From: Faecalimonas sp.
GTDB taxonomy: Bacteria; Bacillota; Clostridia; Lachnospirales; Lachnospiraceae
Direction: 5' to 3'
Assembly: GCA_045648005.1 (NCBI GenBank)
Contig: JAZRND010000050.1
Span: 4,458 to 68,457, forward strand
Length of the DNA: 64,000 nucleotides
The notes beneath the pieces are model-generated. The model was given only the letters and a program-made list of their open reading frames with translations, did not search any database and had not been told where the DNA came from. Positions within the stretch are counted from its first letter, which is position 1; each line of letters begins with the position of its first letter. Below, in pieces: positions 1-9,263 of this stretch. Made by a program: the position numbers and the translations under genes.

Positions 1-422
1 CCGATACCTTCCACAAGGAAAGTACCTAGAATCACTTTTTTTACGAATTCCATTAGTCCAGACATAGTATTTAAATTAAAAGCGTCTTGAATGAGGAGTC
101 GGTCACCGATTCCCATTTTTCGATGTAAGGCAACCATAATGCCTGACAATATAGTAATAATTCCCAGTCCACCTATTTGTATTAAAATCAGGATGATTAC
201 TTGACCGAAAACGCTCCAGGTAGTGACTGTCGGAAGAGTTACCAGTCCAGTCACACAAGTTGCGGTTGTGGCAGTAAATAAAGCATCCACATATGAAATT
301 GGTTTTCCACTTGCAGAACTAATTGGTAAGGACAGAAGGACACTGCCGATTAGGATTGCCGACAAAAAACTCAACAAGATAATCTGGGAGGTGGTTAGTG
401 AGAGAATTTTTTTCTTTTTCAT
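1..422 (-). CDS. Trk/Ktr-type potassium uptake membrane protein (TrkH/KtrB family), 5' part only; continues off the left edge
   Basis: Read manually on the minus strand: MKKKKILSLTTSQIILLSFLSAILIGSVLLSLP...DALFTATTATCVTGL...LIQIGGLG. The DALFTATxAxCVTGL pore-loop motif and QIGGLG are typical of the family. GAGGA RBS upstream. Confidence 0.9.
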   Translation of the reverse strand, partial: MKKKKILSLTTSQIILLSFLSAILIGSVLLSLPISSASGKPISYVDALFTATTATCVTGLVTLPTVTTWSVFGQVIILILIQIGGLGIITILSGIMVALHRKMGIGDRLLIQDAFNLNTMSGLMEFVKKVILGTFLVEGI

Positions 423-549
423 ATACATTCCTCTTTGTAATAAAGTAATTTCATTTTATAGCTTATAGTAAAAAGTGTCAATTTGAACCCTACATATTTT
501 CATTGAAACTGGAGATATTAGAAACAAATTTGGAGTGGAGTGGATAAAT

Positions 550-1704
550 ATGGTAATTATTAATGGAAAAATTTTTACGATGGAAAATAAAATGATAGCG
601 TGTGGTTATGTCAGGATTCGAGGGAAATTAATTGAAGAAGTAGAGGAAATGAAATCTTTTGTGGAGAGACAAGATGAAGAGGTTCTGGATGTTCATGGAG
701 CATGGGTTCTTCCGGGGCTAATTGAAGCTCATGCTCATATTGGGATTACAGAGGAAAAGTGGGGAACAATTGGAGATGATTGTAATGAAGCAACTATGCC
801 CATTACACCGACTTTGCGTGCCATTGATGCTGTCAATCCTATGGATCCTGCATTTCATGATGCAATAGAGGCAGGAATAACGTCTGTTATGACCGGTCCT
901 GGCAGTTCTAACGTGGTAGGCGGCCAATTTATTTTTATGAAAACCCAAGGTAGATGTGTGGATGACATGGTAGTCAAAGAGCCGGCTGCTATGAAGGTGG
1001 CTTTTGGAGAAAATCCAAAGAACGCTTATGGAGAACAAAGCATGTGTCCTTCCACAAGAATGGGGACAGCTGCTTTGCTGCGAAAAACTTTATATGATGC
1101 GGTGCAATATAAAATGGATAAAGAAAATGGTACTTTGGAGCATTTAGATTTTGAGATGGAGCCATGGTTGCCGGTTTTGAAGCGTGAGATTCCAATGAAA
1201 GCACATGCTCATAGAGCCGATGATATTCTTACAGCTATTCGGATTGCAAAAGAGTTTGAGGTGGATATTACGATTGACCATGGAACAGAAGGCCATTTAA
1301 TCGTGGATAAAATCAAGTCGTTTGGCGCTCCGGTTAACGTGGGACCAGATCTTACCTCCAGGTCTAAAATCGAAGTAAAGAACTTGAATTTTAAAACAAA
1401 TAAAATTTTGAGTGAGGCAGGCGTTTTGTTTGCAATCATTACAGACCATCCGGTGACGTTGATTCAATATTTGCCTCTTTGTGCAGGGATTGCAGTGAAA
1501 TATGGTTTGGATATGGAAGAGGCGTTAAAAGCAATTACTATTTATCCCGCACGGATTTGCAGGGTAGATGATAGAGTGGGAAGTATCAAAGAAGGGAAGG
1601 ATGCGGATATTGCAATTTTCTCCGGCAATCCGTTGGAAATATTTACCACTACATTATATACCATTATCAATGGCGAAATTATCTATGAAAATGACGCATA
1701 CTAA
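550..1704 (+). CDS. Metal-dependent amidohydrolase (imidazolonepropionase-like family)
   Basis: PGLIEAHAHIG (HxH metal motif), HAHRADD, TDHPV, GSIKEGKDAD. Start moved to ATG 550, after a GGAG-like RBS. Confidence 0.85.
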   Translation: MVIINGKIFTMENKMIACGYVRIRGKLIEEVEEMKSFVERQDEEVLDVHGAWVLPGLIEAHAHIGITEEKWGTIGDDCNEATMPITPTLRAIDAVNPMDPAFHDAIEAGITSVMTGPGSSNVVGGQFIFMKTQGRCVDDMVVKEPAAMKVAFGENPKNAYGEQSMCPSTRMGTAALLRKTLYDAVQYKMDKENGTLEHLDFEMEPWLPVLKREIPMKAHAHRADDILTAIRIAKEFEVDITIDHGTEGHLIVDKIKSFGAPVNVGPDLTSRSKIEVKNLNFKTNKILSEAGVLFAIITDHPVTLIQYLPLCAGIAVKYGLDMEEALKAITIYPARICRVDDRVGSIKEGKDADIAIFSGNPLEIFTTTLYTIINGEIIYENDAY

Positions 1705-1738
1705 CTTCGGTACAATTGATACAGAAGGGAGTTTTTTT

Positions 1739-2179
1739 ATGGAACAGACAAAGCATCTCGCAATTGCCTCCGTTCCCGTTCAAGAATGGACTCATACTTT
1801 TGACGAGGATCAGGCGTTGCGAAACGGAACCATATTTCCAGAACTTCATCGCCCATTTTATGTGACGTTATTGGATGGAAAATGTTTGAGTGAAGAACAG
1901 GAATTGGATGGAGAGCAGGCAATGCTTCTTCAGATCCAAAAAAGTGGATTTGTACTAGATGATTTAAGGCTTTATTTGGACACACATCCGGAAGATAAAG
2001 AGGCACTTAAGTTGTTTAAGGAAACCTTGCAGAAAAAGATGAGTTTGATGCGCGAGTTTGCGACAAAGTATTACCCGTTGGCAGAAGTATGCATGGGAAG
2101 TATTTATAAGGAAAATCCAGAAGCTGAATGTTATCATTGGCCAGAAGGACGCATTCCTTGGGAAGGGGTGAATTGTTAA
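1739..2179 (+). CDS. cotJB: Fused CotJA-CotJB spore coat protein
   Basis: N-terminal LAIASVPVQEW...ALRNGTIFPELHRPF (CotJA-like), then DDLRLYLDTHP...YYPL...W..G.IPWE (CotJB). Stop overlaps the cotJC start (TAATG). Confidence 0.85.
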   Translation: MEQTKHLAIASVPVQEWTHTFDEDQALRNGTIFPELHRPFYVTLLDGKCLSEEQELDGEQAMLLQIQKSGFVLDDLRLYLDTHPEDKEALKLFKETLQKKMSLMREFATKYYPLAEVCMGSIYKENPEAECYHWPEGRIPWEGVNC

Positions 2180-2790
2180 TGTGGGTTTATGAAAAACGAT
2201 TGCAGTATCCGGTAAACATTACCAAAACTTGTCCCAAAACAGCTCAATTGATTATCAGTCAATATGGCGGTCCGGACGGAGAATTATCAGCATCCATGCG
2301 ATATTTGGCACAACGTTATACCATGCCGGACAAAAGGGTAGGCGGTCTTCTTACCGACATCGGAACAGAAGAGTTGGCCCATATGGAAATTATTTGTGCA
2401 ATGGTTTATCAGTTAACCAAGCATATGACCCCAGAAGATGCAAAGACGGCGGGATTTGATGCCTACTATATTGACCACACCACTGCGCTCTGGCCACAGG
2501 CTGCAGGCGGGGTTCCATTTACGGCGAAAGAATTTCAATCTAAAGGGGATGCCATTACGGACTTGACGGAAAATCTGGCGGCAGAACAGAAAGCAAGGAC
2601 CGTATATGACAATTTGCTTCGGGTTATCACAGACCCTGAAGTTCGAGATCCGCTTCGGTTTTTAAGAGCTAGGGAAATCGTGCACTTCCAAAGATTTGGA
2701 GAAGCATTGGAACGAACCAAAGATTCGTTAGATTCGAGAAACTTCTACTACAGTAATCCGGAATTTGATAAGGATATAAAAATGTCATAA
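2179..2790 (+). CDS. cotJC: Manganese catalase family spore coat protein CotJC
   Basis: MWVYEKRLQYPV, QYGGPDGELSASMRYL, DIGTEELAHME, AAEQKAR, REIVHFQRFGE. Confidence 0.95.
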   Translation: MWVYEKRLQYPVNITKTCPKTAQLIISQYGGPDGELSASMRYLAQRYTMPDKRVGGLLTDIGTEELAHMEIICAMVYQLTKHMTPEDAKTAGFDAYYIDHTTALWPQAAGGVPFTAKEFQSKGDAITDLTENLAAEQKARTVYDNLLRVITDPEVRDPLRFLRAREIVHFQRFGEALERTKDSLDSRNFYYSNPEFDKDIKMS

Positions 2791-2795
2791 ATCTG

Positions 2796-2831
2796 AAAGG
2801 CCCTGCAGGGTTCAAATTGCAGGGCTTTTTT
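2796..2831 (+). terminator. Intrinsic terminator after cotJC
   Basis: CCCTGCA...TGCAGGG stem followed by a T-tract. Confidence 0.75.
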
Positions 2832-2872
2832 GATATAATAAGAAATAAACATTTGCAAAGGGAAAAAGGAAC

Positions 2873-3403
2873 ATGTACTTAATATCCATTTATTTTGATA
2901 ACAAAACGAATAAACAAATACAAGGGTTGATAGATAAAGTGGCCAGGGCTACAGAAAATAAGTTTATGATTGATGGCAAAGTTCCGCCTCACATTACTAT
3001 TTCCGCTTTTGAAGCAAGAGAAGATTCGGTGGCTATCCGCGCATTTGAAAAGGCGGTACAAGAAATGCGGATGGGAGAGATTGAATGGGTGTCCGTAGGA
3101 GAATTTCTACCTAATGTTATTTTTCTTGCACCTGTGTTAAATCAGTATCTTCAGCAGATTGCAGAGAATGTATATGAAAATCTTCAAAATGTGCCGGAGA
3201 TAGTTGTGAGCCCTTACTACAAACCGTTTCAGTGGCTCCCTCATACTACTATAGGAAAAAACTTGTCTGTGGAAGAAATGAAAAAAGCTTTCCAGACTTT
3301 GCAGGAAAGCTTTAGTATCATTCGTGGACAGGGTATAAAGATTGGTTTAGCCAAGCCAAATCCCCATCGGGATATTGCGATATTTAATTTAAAATGCAAA
3401 TAA
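2873..3403 (+). CDS. 2H phosphoesterase (2'-5' RNA ligase superfamily)
   Basis: Two HxT motifs, PPHITI and PHTTIG. Confidence 0.8.
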   Translation: MYLISIYFDNKTNKQIQGLIDKVARATENKFMIDGKVPPHITISAFEAREDSVAIRAFEKAVQEMRMGEIEWVSVGEFLPNVIFLAPVLNQYLQQIAENVYENLQNVPEIVVSPYYKPFQWLPHTTIGKNLSVEEMKKAFQTLQESFSIIRGQGIKIGLAKPNPHRDIAIFNLKCK

Positions 3404-3952
3404 TATCATACCTAGACACGCGGCCACGCCAATTAACATAATCGGTGACATATTTTTGTTGCGGAATTTTTTATACAGGTACATGGCACCTATGAGGAGA
3501 ATCATAATCAACCAAGTTTGCCAGTTGTATATTGGACTCCAACCTTTAGAAATGCAGTTTTCTACTATCATATGAGCACCAGTTGCGAGGATAATTCCGA
3601 TAATACAAGGTTTGATACCTACGAGCACTGATTTTACATATTGATTATTCAAAAAGTTCTTTAATATCATGGAAAGAAGCAGGATAATTGCAAATGCTGG
3701 CAGACATACAGTAAATGTAGCCAAAGCAGCTCCGAAAACTCCGGCTACTTCATTTCCAATATAGGTTGCCGTATTGACCATAATAGGTCCAGGAGTACTT
3801 TCGCTGATTGCAAGAAGATGTGCGAATTTATCTTCTGTTATCCAACCGTTTGACATGACCACTTCGCGAATTACCGGAATGGCACCGTAAGCACCTCCAA
3901 AAGAAAATAGTCCTACTTTTAAAAATCCCCAGAATAATTCTAAATAAATCAT
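3389..3952 (-). CDS. Short-chain chromate ion transporter (CHR family), subunit 2
   Basis: GLFSFGGAYG, SESTPGPI motifs; hydrophobic. Confidence 0.9.
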   Translation of the reverse strand: MIYLELFWGFLKVGLFSFGGAYGAIPVIREVVMSNGWITEDKFAHLLAISESTPGPIMVNTATYIGNEVAGVFGAALATFTVCLPAFAIILLLSMILKNFLNNQYVKSVLVGIKPCIIGIILATGAHMIVENCISKGWSPIYNWQTWLIMILLIGAMYLYKKFRNKNMSPIMLIGVAACLGMILFAF

Positions 3953-4518
3953 GATTCCACCTTCTTTCGGCTTTTTATGTTATGGATATGGTAAAATACC
4001 ACCCCGGCTATTCCTGATAGAACCAAGAGATAAATGGTTGAGAAATTCCAAGCAAAGAAGTTTATTGCTAACATAATTAGGCATGCACAAGCAAGGATGA
4101 TGTATGAAAACTTGTTTTTGTCCATTTTTTTATAGAGATTATATCCTGCGCGTACAATAATAATGCCGACTCCTACTTGAATACCTTTAAAAGCATTTGC
4201 CACGAGTGGGATGCTTAAAAGATTATCAAATAATGAAGAGATTAAATAAATAATAATAAATGACGGAAGGACCACTCCCAAGGTGGCTGCAATAGAGCCA
4301 GGGATTCCTGCTTGTGCGTATCCGGTATAGGTTGCACAGTTAATGGCGATTGGTCCCGGTGTGGATTCTGCAATGGTAAGTACAGTTGTAAATTCGTCTT
4401 CCGTAATCCAACCTCTTTTTTCTACACATTCATCATGAACAATAGCAATCATGCCGTAGCCACCGCCAAAGGTGAAGAGACCGATTTTTGCAAAGGTGAA
4501 AAATAGTTTAAAAATCAT
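3949..4518 (-). CDS. Short-chain chromate ion transporter (CHR family), subunit 1
   Basis: IGLFTFGGGYG, AESTPGPIAIN. Start placed at ATG 4518 after GAAAGGA RBS; 4-bp overlap with the partner gene. Confidence 0.9.
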   Translation of the reverse strand: MIFKLFFTFAKIGLFTFGGGYGMIAIVHDECVEKRGWITEDEFTTVLTIAESTPGPIAINCATYTGYAQAGIPGSIAATLGVVLPSFIIIYLISSLFDNLLSIPLVANAFKGIQVGVGIIIVRAGYNLYKKMDKNKFSYIILACACLIMLAINFFAWNFSTIYLLVLSGIAGVVFYHIHNIKSRKKVES

Positions 4519-4617
4519 AAGCTGCGTTCCTTTCTTTATGTAAGTAAGGCAGGGGTCTGCCTTTCTCAAGCATTATAGCATAAAAAGATATAAAGAGATA
4601 TATGAATTAGGAAAATA

Positions 4618-4646
4618 TTGACTTTTAAAAATTCATGTAGTAGACT
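4618..4646 (+). promoter_or_regulatory. Sigma-A type promoter of the thiamine operon
   Basis: TTGACT-N17-TAGACT immediately upstream of the TPP aptamer. Confidence 0.65.
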
Positions 4647-4654
4647 AAAGAAGA

Positions 4655-4750
4655 CAATTGAAGGGGCGCTGGTAAATCAGCCGGCTGAGACAGGATGTAG
4701 TCATCATGAACCCGAGAACCTGATCTGGATAATGCCAGCGTAGGAAAACG
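4655..4750 (+). ncRNA. TPP (THI-box) riboswitch aptamer
   Basis: GGGGCGC...GGCTGAGA...ACCCG..AACCTGATCTGGATAATGCCAGCGTAGGAA matches the TPP consensus; thiamine genes follow. Boundaries approximate. Confidence 0.95.
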
Positions 4751-4764
4751 AGAGCGAAATTATG

Positions 4765-4793
4765 ATACCTAGGCATTGGCCTAGGTATTTTTT
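4765..4793 (+). terminator. Riboswitch expression-platform terminator
   Basis: ATACCTAGGC-ATTG-GCCTAGGTAT perfect 10-bp stem plus T-tract. Confidence 0.85.
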
Positions 4794-4927
4794 GTGAAGA
4801 GATATATTTGGAGCTCCTTATCTCAAGCACTTTCGATGTTGTCCGTTTTCAATGACATTTTCCAAATAAGGAACATGTTCAACAGGAATCAAGTCAAAAA
4901 TCAAATGATGAAAAGGAGAAAACGTGT

Positions 4928-5224
4928 ATGAACGCAAGTGTAGCAATTCAGGTTCTGCCAAAGGCAGACAACGACGAAGAACTAATTCGTATTGTGGATG
5001 AAGTCATTGACTATATCAAATCCACAGGACTAAACTATTATGTTGGGCCATGTGAAACCAGCATAGAAGGAAATTATGATGAATTAATGGACATTGTCAA
5101 AGAATGTCAAAAAGTAGCAGTACAGGCGGGCGCAGAATCAGTTTCTGCTTATGTCAAAATTACGTATCGCCCGGAAGGAGAAGTGTTAAGCATTGAAAAG
5201 AAAGTCACCAAACACCACCAGTAA
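4928..5224 (+). CDS. Thiamine-binding protein (MTH1187/YkoF-like family)
   Basis: 98 aa, ASVAIQVLP...VGPCETSIEG; first gene after the TPP riboswitch. Confidence 0.85.
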   Translation: MNASVAIQVLPKADNDEELIRIVDEVIDYIKSTGLNYYVGPCETSIEGNYDELMDIVKECQKVAVQAGAESVSAYVKITYRPEGEVLSIEKKVTKHHQ

Positions 5225-5960
5225 AATCTGGTCGTGTTCTGCAATTGCATCTATTTTAATTATTTGGCAGCTTGTCTGCAGTGTGGGGTTAGTGGAAAGT
5301 TTCATGTTGCCATCGCCACTTTCAGTAGGAAAAGCATTTATTCAGGAATTTCCTGTCTTGATGGGACATTCTTTTGTGACGTTGACCGAGGCATTTGTAG
5401 GTCTTGCATTCGGTATTTTACTGGGATTTTTCATGGCAGTGCTTATGGATCAATTTACCGTGATTTATAAAGCATTTTACCCACTTATTGTTCTGACGCA
5501 AACGATACCGACTGTGGCAATTGCCCCGCTTTTGGTTTTGTGGTTTGGATATGAAATGACACCGAAAATTATTTTAATTGTTCTTACCACCTTTTTCCCG
5601 ATAGCAGTAGGATTGCTGAATGGATTTCAGACAGCAGATAAGGATGAAATGAATCTTCTGCGGGCAATGGGCGCCAGTAGGTGGCAGATTTTTTCTTATA
5701 TCAAATGTCCGGGAGCATTGTCTCAATTTTTTGCCGGACTTCGTATTTCAGCCTCGTATGCAGTTGTAGGCGCAGTAATTTCTGAATGGCTTGGCGGTTT
5801 TCAAGGACTAGGTGTCTATATGACACGAGTAAAACAGGCATTTTCGTTTGATAAGATGTTTGCTGTTATTTTCTTAATATCGGTTATTAGTTTGGCGCTT
5901 ATGAAAGCAGTGGATTTCTTGCAGAAGAAATGTATGCCTTGGGAAAAGGAGAAAGAATGA
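5193..5960 (+). CDS. ABC transporter permease (ThiX / NitT-TauT family; thiamine/HMP precursor uptake)
   Basis: LPSP, QTIPTVAIAPL, MGASRWQIF (EAA-like), AVISEWLGG..GLG. Confidence 0.9.
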   Translation: MKRKSPNTTSKIWSCSAIASILIIWQLVCSVGLVESFMLPSPLSVGKAFIQEFPVLMGHSFVTLTEAFVGLAFGILLGFFMAVLMDQFTVIYKAFYPLIVLTQTIPTVAIAPLLVLWFGYEMTPKIILIVLTTFFPIAVGLLNGFQTADKDEMNLLRAMGASRWQIFSYIKCPGALSQFFAGLRISASYAVVGAVISEWLGGFQGLGVYMTRVKQAFSFDKMFAVIFLISVISLALMKAVDFLQKKCMPWEKEKE

Positions 5961-6949
5961 TGAAACGAAAATTTTATATTGGGATACTATTAATCGTATT
6001 GATATTTGTGTTGGCAGGATGCAAAAAGAGTGGGGAAAATCAAAATTTGGAAAAGGTTACCTTTGTTTTAGACTGGACACCGAACACGAATCATACAGGT
6101 CTTTATGTGGCACAAGAAAAGGGATATTTTGAAGAAGTGGGTTTGGAAGTAGAGATTGTACAGCCACCAGAGGACGGCGCAGAGGTATTAGTGGCTTCAG
6201 GAAAGGCCCAGTTCGGAGTTTCCTTCCAAGACTCGCTGGCGCCGGCATTTGTAGGAGACAATCCACTGCCGATTACAGCAGTTGCTTCTGTAATTCAGCA
6301 TAATACTTCTGGTATTATATCCAGAAAGGGAGACGGAATGGATGATCCAAAGGGAATGATGGGTCACAAATATGCCACTTGGAATGGACCGATTGAGTTG
6401 GCTATGTTAGAGCACGTCGTGGAACAAGAAGGCGGAGATTTCTCAAAAGTGGAGTTAATACCAAATAAGGTTACAGATGAGGTATCTGCACTAAAAACCA
6501 AAAGCGCTGATGCTATATGGATTTTTTACGCATGGGCCGGAGTTAAGACAGAATTGGAAGAGTTGGATACAGATTATTTTGCTTTTGCTGATGTGGATCC
6601 TGTCTTTGATTATTATACACCGGTGATTGTTGCAAACAATGAATTTTTGAAGGAAAAACCGGAGATTGCCAAGGCATTTCTAGCAGCATTGACAAAGGGA
6701 TATGAATTTGCTATGGAAAGTCCGGAAGAAGCAGCGAATATTTTGTGTAATTCAACGGATGGATTGGATATTGAATTGGTAAAAGCGAGTCAAAAATATT
6801 TGGCGGATAAGTATCAGGCAGATGCACCTAAATGGGGATATATTGATGAAACTCGATGGAATAATTTTTATCAATGGCTAAACAATAAGGGATTAGTAGA
6901 AACGGCAATTCCGAATAATGTCGGATTTACCAATGAGTATTTGCCCTAA
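5957..6949 (+). CDS. ABC substrate-binding lipoprotein, NMT1/THI5 (ThiY-like)
   Basis: Lipobox LAGC; LDWTPNTNHTGLYVA motif. Confidence 0.9.
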   Translation: MMKRKFYIGILLIVLIFVLAGCKKSGENQNLEKVTFVLDWTPNTNHTGLYVAQEKGYFEEVGLEVEIVQPPEDGAEVLVASGKAQFGVSFQDSLAPAFVGDNPLPITAVASVIQHNTSGIISRKGDGMDDPKGMMGHKYATWNGPIELAMLEHVVEQEGGDFSKVELIPNKVTDEVSALKTKSADAIWIFYAWAGVKTELEELDTDYFAFADVDPVFDYYTPVIVANNEFLKEKPEIAKAFLAALTKGYEFAMESPEEAANILCNSTDGLDIELVKASQKYLADKYQADAPKWGYIDETRWNNFYQWLNNKGLVETAIPNNVGFTNEYLP

Positions 6950-6963
6950 ATCAGGAGGAAATT

Positions 6964-7731
6964 ATGGCAGTTTTAGAAGTGAATAATGTCTCAAAATCTT
7001 TTGATGGCGAGGCAATCTTAAATAAAGTATCCATTCAACTTCACGAGGGTGAAATTGTTTCTCTTTTAGGAGCCAGTGGTGGCGGAAAAACGACTTTGTT
7101 TAACATGATTGCGGGTGTTAGCAGTCCCGATGAGGGGAGCATACTAATTGACGGTGAAGATGTCACAGGTATACCGGGGCATGTCAGTTATATGTTGCAA
7201 AAAGACCTATTACTGCCGTATTTTAATATTCTTGATAATGTGGCATTGCCATTGAAAATTAGAGGGATGAAAAGAAGGGAAGCAAGAGAAGCGGCTAGAA
7301 CATATTTTTCTCAATTTGGACTAGAAGGAACCGAGAAGAAATATCCATCGCAACTGTCAGGAGGCATGAAACAAAGAGCTGCATTGTTGCGCGCATATTT
7401 GTTTTCCAAAAAAGTGGCCCTTTTGGATGAACCGTTTTCAGCATTAGATATGTTGACCAAAAAAGTAATTCATGAATGGTATCTGGATGTCATGGAAAAA
7501 ATACAACTATCTACATTGTTTATTACACATGATGTGGACGAGGCTATTTTGTTGTCGGACCGCATTTATCTGCTGACGGGAAAGCCTGGTGAAATTACAA
7601 AGGAGATTGTAATTGAAGAGCCAAAACCGAGAACAAAAGAATTCCAACTTTCAGAGGAATTTTTGGATTATAAAAGGAAAATTCTTTCTCATTTACAAGG
7701 AAAAGGCATTGACGAAAGCATGGATTTATAA
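6964..7731 (+). CDS. ABC transporter ATP-binding protein (ThiZ-like)
   Basis: Walker A GASGGGKT, LSGGMKQR, LLDEPF, H-loop ITHD. Confidence 0.92.
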   Translation: MAVLEVNNVSKSFDGEAILNKVSIQLHEGEIVSLLGASGGGKTTLFNMIAGVSSPDEGSILIDGEDVTGIPGHVSYMLQKDLLLPYFNILDNVALPLKIRGMKRREAREAARTYFSQFGLEGTEKKYPSQLSGGMKQRAALLRAYLFSKKVALLDEPFSALDMLTKKVIHEWYLDVMEKIQLSTLFITHDVDEAILLSDRIYLLTGKPGEITKEIVIEEPKPRTKEFQLSEEFLDYKRKILSHLQGKGIDESMDL

Positions 7732-7769
7732 GACAATGTACAAAGATATAGAGACTTGGAGGAAGAAAA

Positions 7770-9215
7770 ATGAAGATTTTAAATGGATATGAACCGGCAT
7801 CTGTGCTAGGTTTTTTTGAAGATATTTGCAATATCCCACATATTTCTTATCACGAACAAGAATTGAGTGATTATTGCGTGGCTTTTGCAAAAGAGAGAGG
7901 TTTGTACTACGAGCAGGACTCTCTTGGAAATGTGATTATTATCAAGGAAGCAACGGCCGGCTATGAGAATGTAGAGCCGATTATTATCCAAGGTCATTTA
8001 GATATGGTGGGAGATAAAGTTCCAGGATGCCCAATTGACATGGAAAGAGAACACATTCAAATCATGGTAGATGGAGATTATATTACCGCAGATGGCACTA
8101 CACTCGGTGGTGATGATGGTATTGCAATCGCGTATGCCTTGGCGCTTTTAGATGCAAAGGATATTCCACATCCGCGTTTGGAGGTTGTGCTCACTGTCAG
8201 CGAGGAAGTAGGACTTGAGGGCGCTACAGCTATTGATATGTCATGCTGTCAGGCCAAGCGTCTAATTAACATAGATTCTGAAGATGAAGGAATCTTCACA
8301 GCGGGTTGCGCAGGTGGAGTGCGAGCAGACTGTAACATCCCTTTGGAGACGATTGTGAAAAGCGGCGTTATTTGCGACATCAAAACCATTGGATTTCTGG
8401 GGGGCCATTCAGGAGTGGAAATTGACCGAGGACGTGCAAATGCAAATGTCACATTGGGTAAATTTTTCTTGTTTCTGAAGGAAAAGTTATCTTATGATAT
8501 CGTGAGTATGTCTGGCGGTGTTAAGGATAATGTTATTCCGAAAAATGCAAATGCAACCTTTATGGTGGCAAGTGCAGATGTTGCATGTTTGAAAGAATCG
8601 GTGGCAGATTTCAATCAAATCTTGCATGCAGAGTATGGTGTGGCTGATCCGGATGTGTTGCTCGTATTGGATGTGAAAGAAACAGAAAACTGCAAGGTGC
8701 TTGTAGAGAATTCAAAAGAAAAAGTGTTGACAGCGCTGAATTTGATGCCAAATGGTATTCAGGCGATGAGCCAGGATTTGCCGGGGCTTGTGGAAACCTC
8801 TTTGAATATGGGGGTCATGAAGGTAGATGCAACTTCTATGAGTACTAGTTTTGCTATTCGTAGTTCTTTGGATACTTCGAAAAAATATTTGCAAGCAAGC
8901 TTGAAACAGATCACAGAACTGTTAGATGGTACGATTAGTTATCACGGAGAATATCCAGGATGGCCGTACGCAAGAGAATCCAAACTTCGCGATTTGTGTG
9001 CGAAAATATATGAAGAGCAAAGTGGACAAAAGCCGAAAATAGATGTCATTCACGCAGGTCTTGAATGTGGAATTCTCTCTCAAAAAATCGAAGGATTAGA
9101 TTGTATATCTATGGGACCTAACATGAAAGATGTGCATACACCGGATGAAAAAATTAGTATTAGCTCTATTGCAAGAGTGTGGGAATTTTTAAAAGCGGTT
9201 TTGGCAGCAAAATAG
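7770..9215 (+). CDS. pepD: Aminoacyl-histidine dipeptidase (M20C)
   Basis: QGHLDMV, TTLGGDDG, EEVGL, GGHSG, HAGLECG, HTPDE. Confidence 0.92.
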   Translation: MKILNGYEPASVLGFFEDICNIPHISYHEQELSDYCVAFAKERGLYYEQDSLGNVIIIKEATAGYENVEPIIIQGHLDMVGDKVPGCPIDMEREHIQIMVDGDYITADGTTLGGDDGIAIAYALALLDAKDIPHPRLEVVLTVSEEVGLEGATAIDMSCCQAKRLINIDSEDEGIFTAGCAGGVRADCNIPLETIVKSGVICDIKTIGFLGGHSGVEIDRGRANANVTLGKFFLFLKEKLSYDIVSMSGGVKDNVIPKNANATFMVASADVACLKESVADFNQILHAEYGVADPDVLLVLDVKETENCKVLVENSKEKVLTALNLMPNGIQAMSQDLPGLVETSLNMGVMKVDATSMSTSFAIRSSLDTSKKYLQASLKQITELLDGTISYHGEYPGWPYARESKLRDLCAKIYEEQSGQKPKIDVIHAGLECGILSQKIEGLDCISMGPNMKDVHTPDEKISISSIARVWEFLKAVLAAK

Positions 9216-9230
9216 AAAAGAGAACAATTA

Positions 9231-9263
9231 AAAAGAACTTGTGCCTACGGCGCAAGTTCTTTT
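9231..9263. terminator. Bidirectional terminator between pepD and plsC
   Basis: AAAAGAACTTGTGCC-TAC-GGCGCAAGTTCTTTT. Confidence 0.7.

Noticed and set aside
223-468. 81-aa + strand ORF
   Set aside because: Antisense shadow of the trkH-family gene on the minus strand.
1568-1738. N-terminal extension of the cotJ ORF in the track
   Set aside because: Overlaps the amidohydrolase gene; the RBS (GGGAG) and homology begin at ATG 1739.
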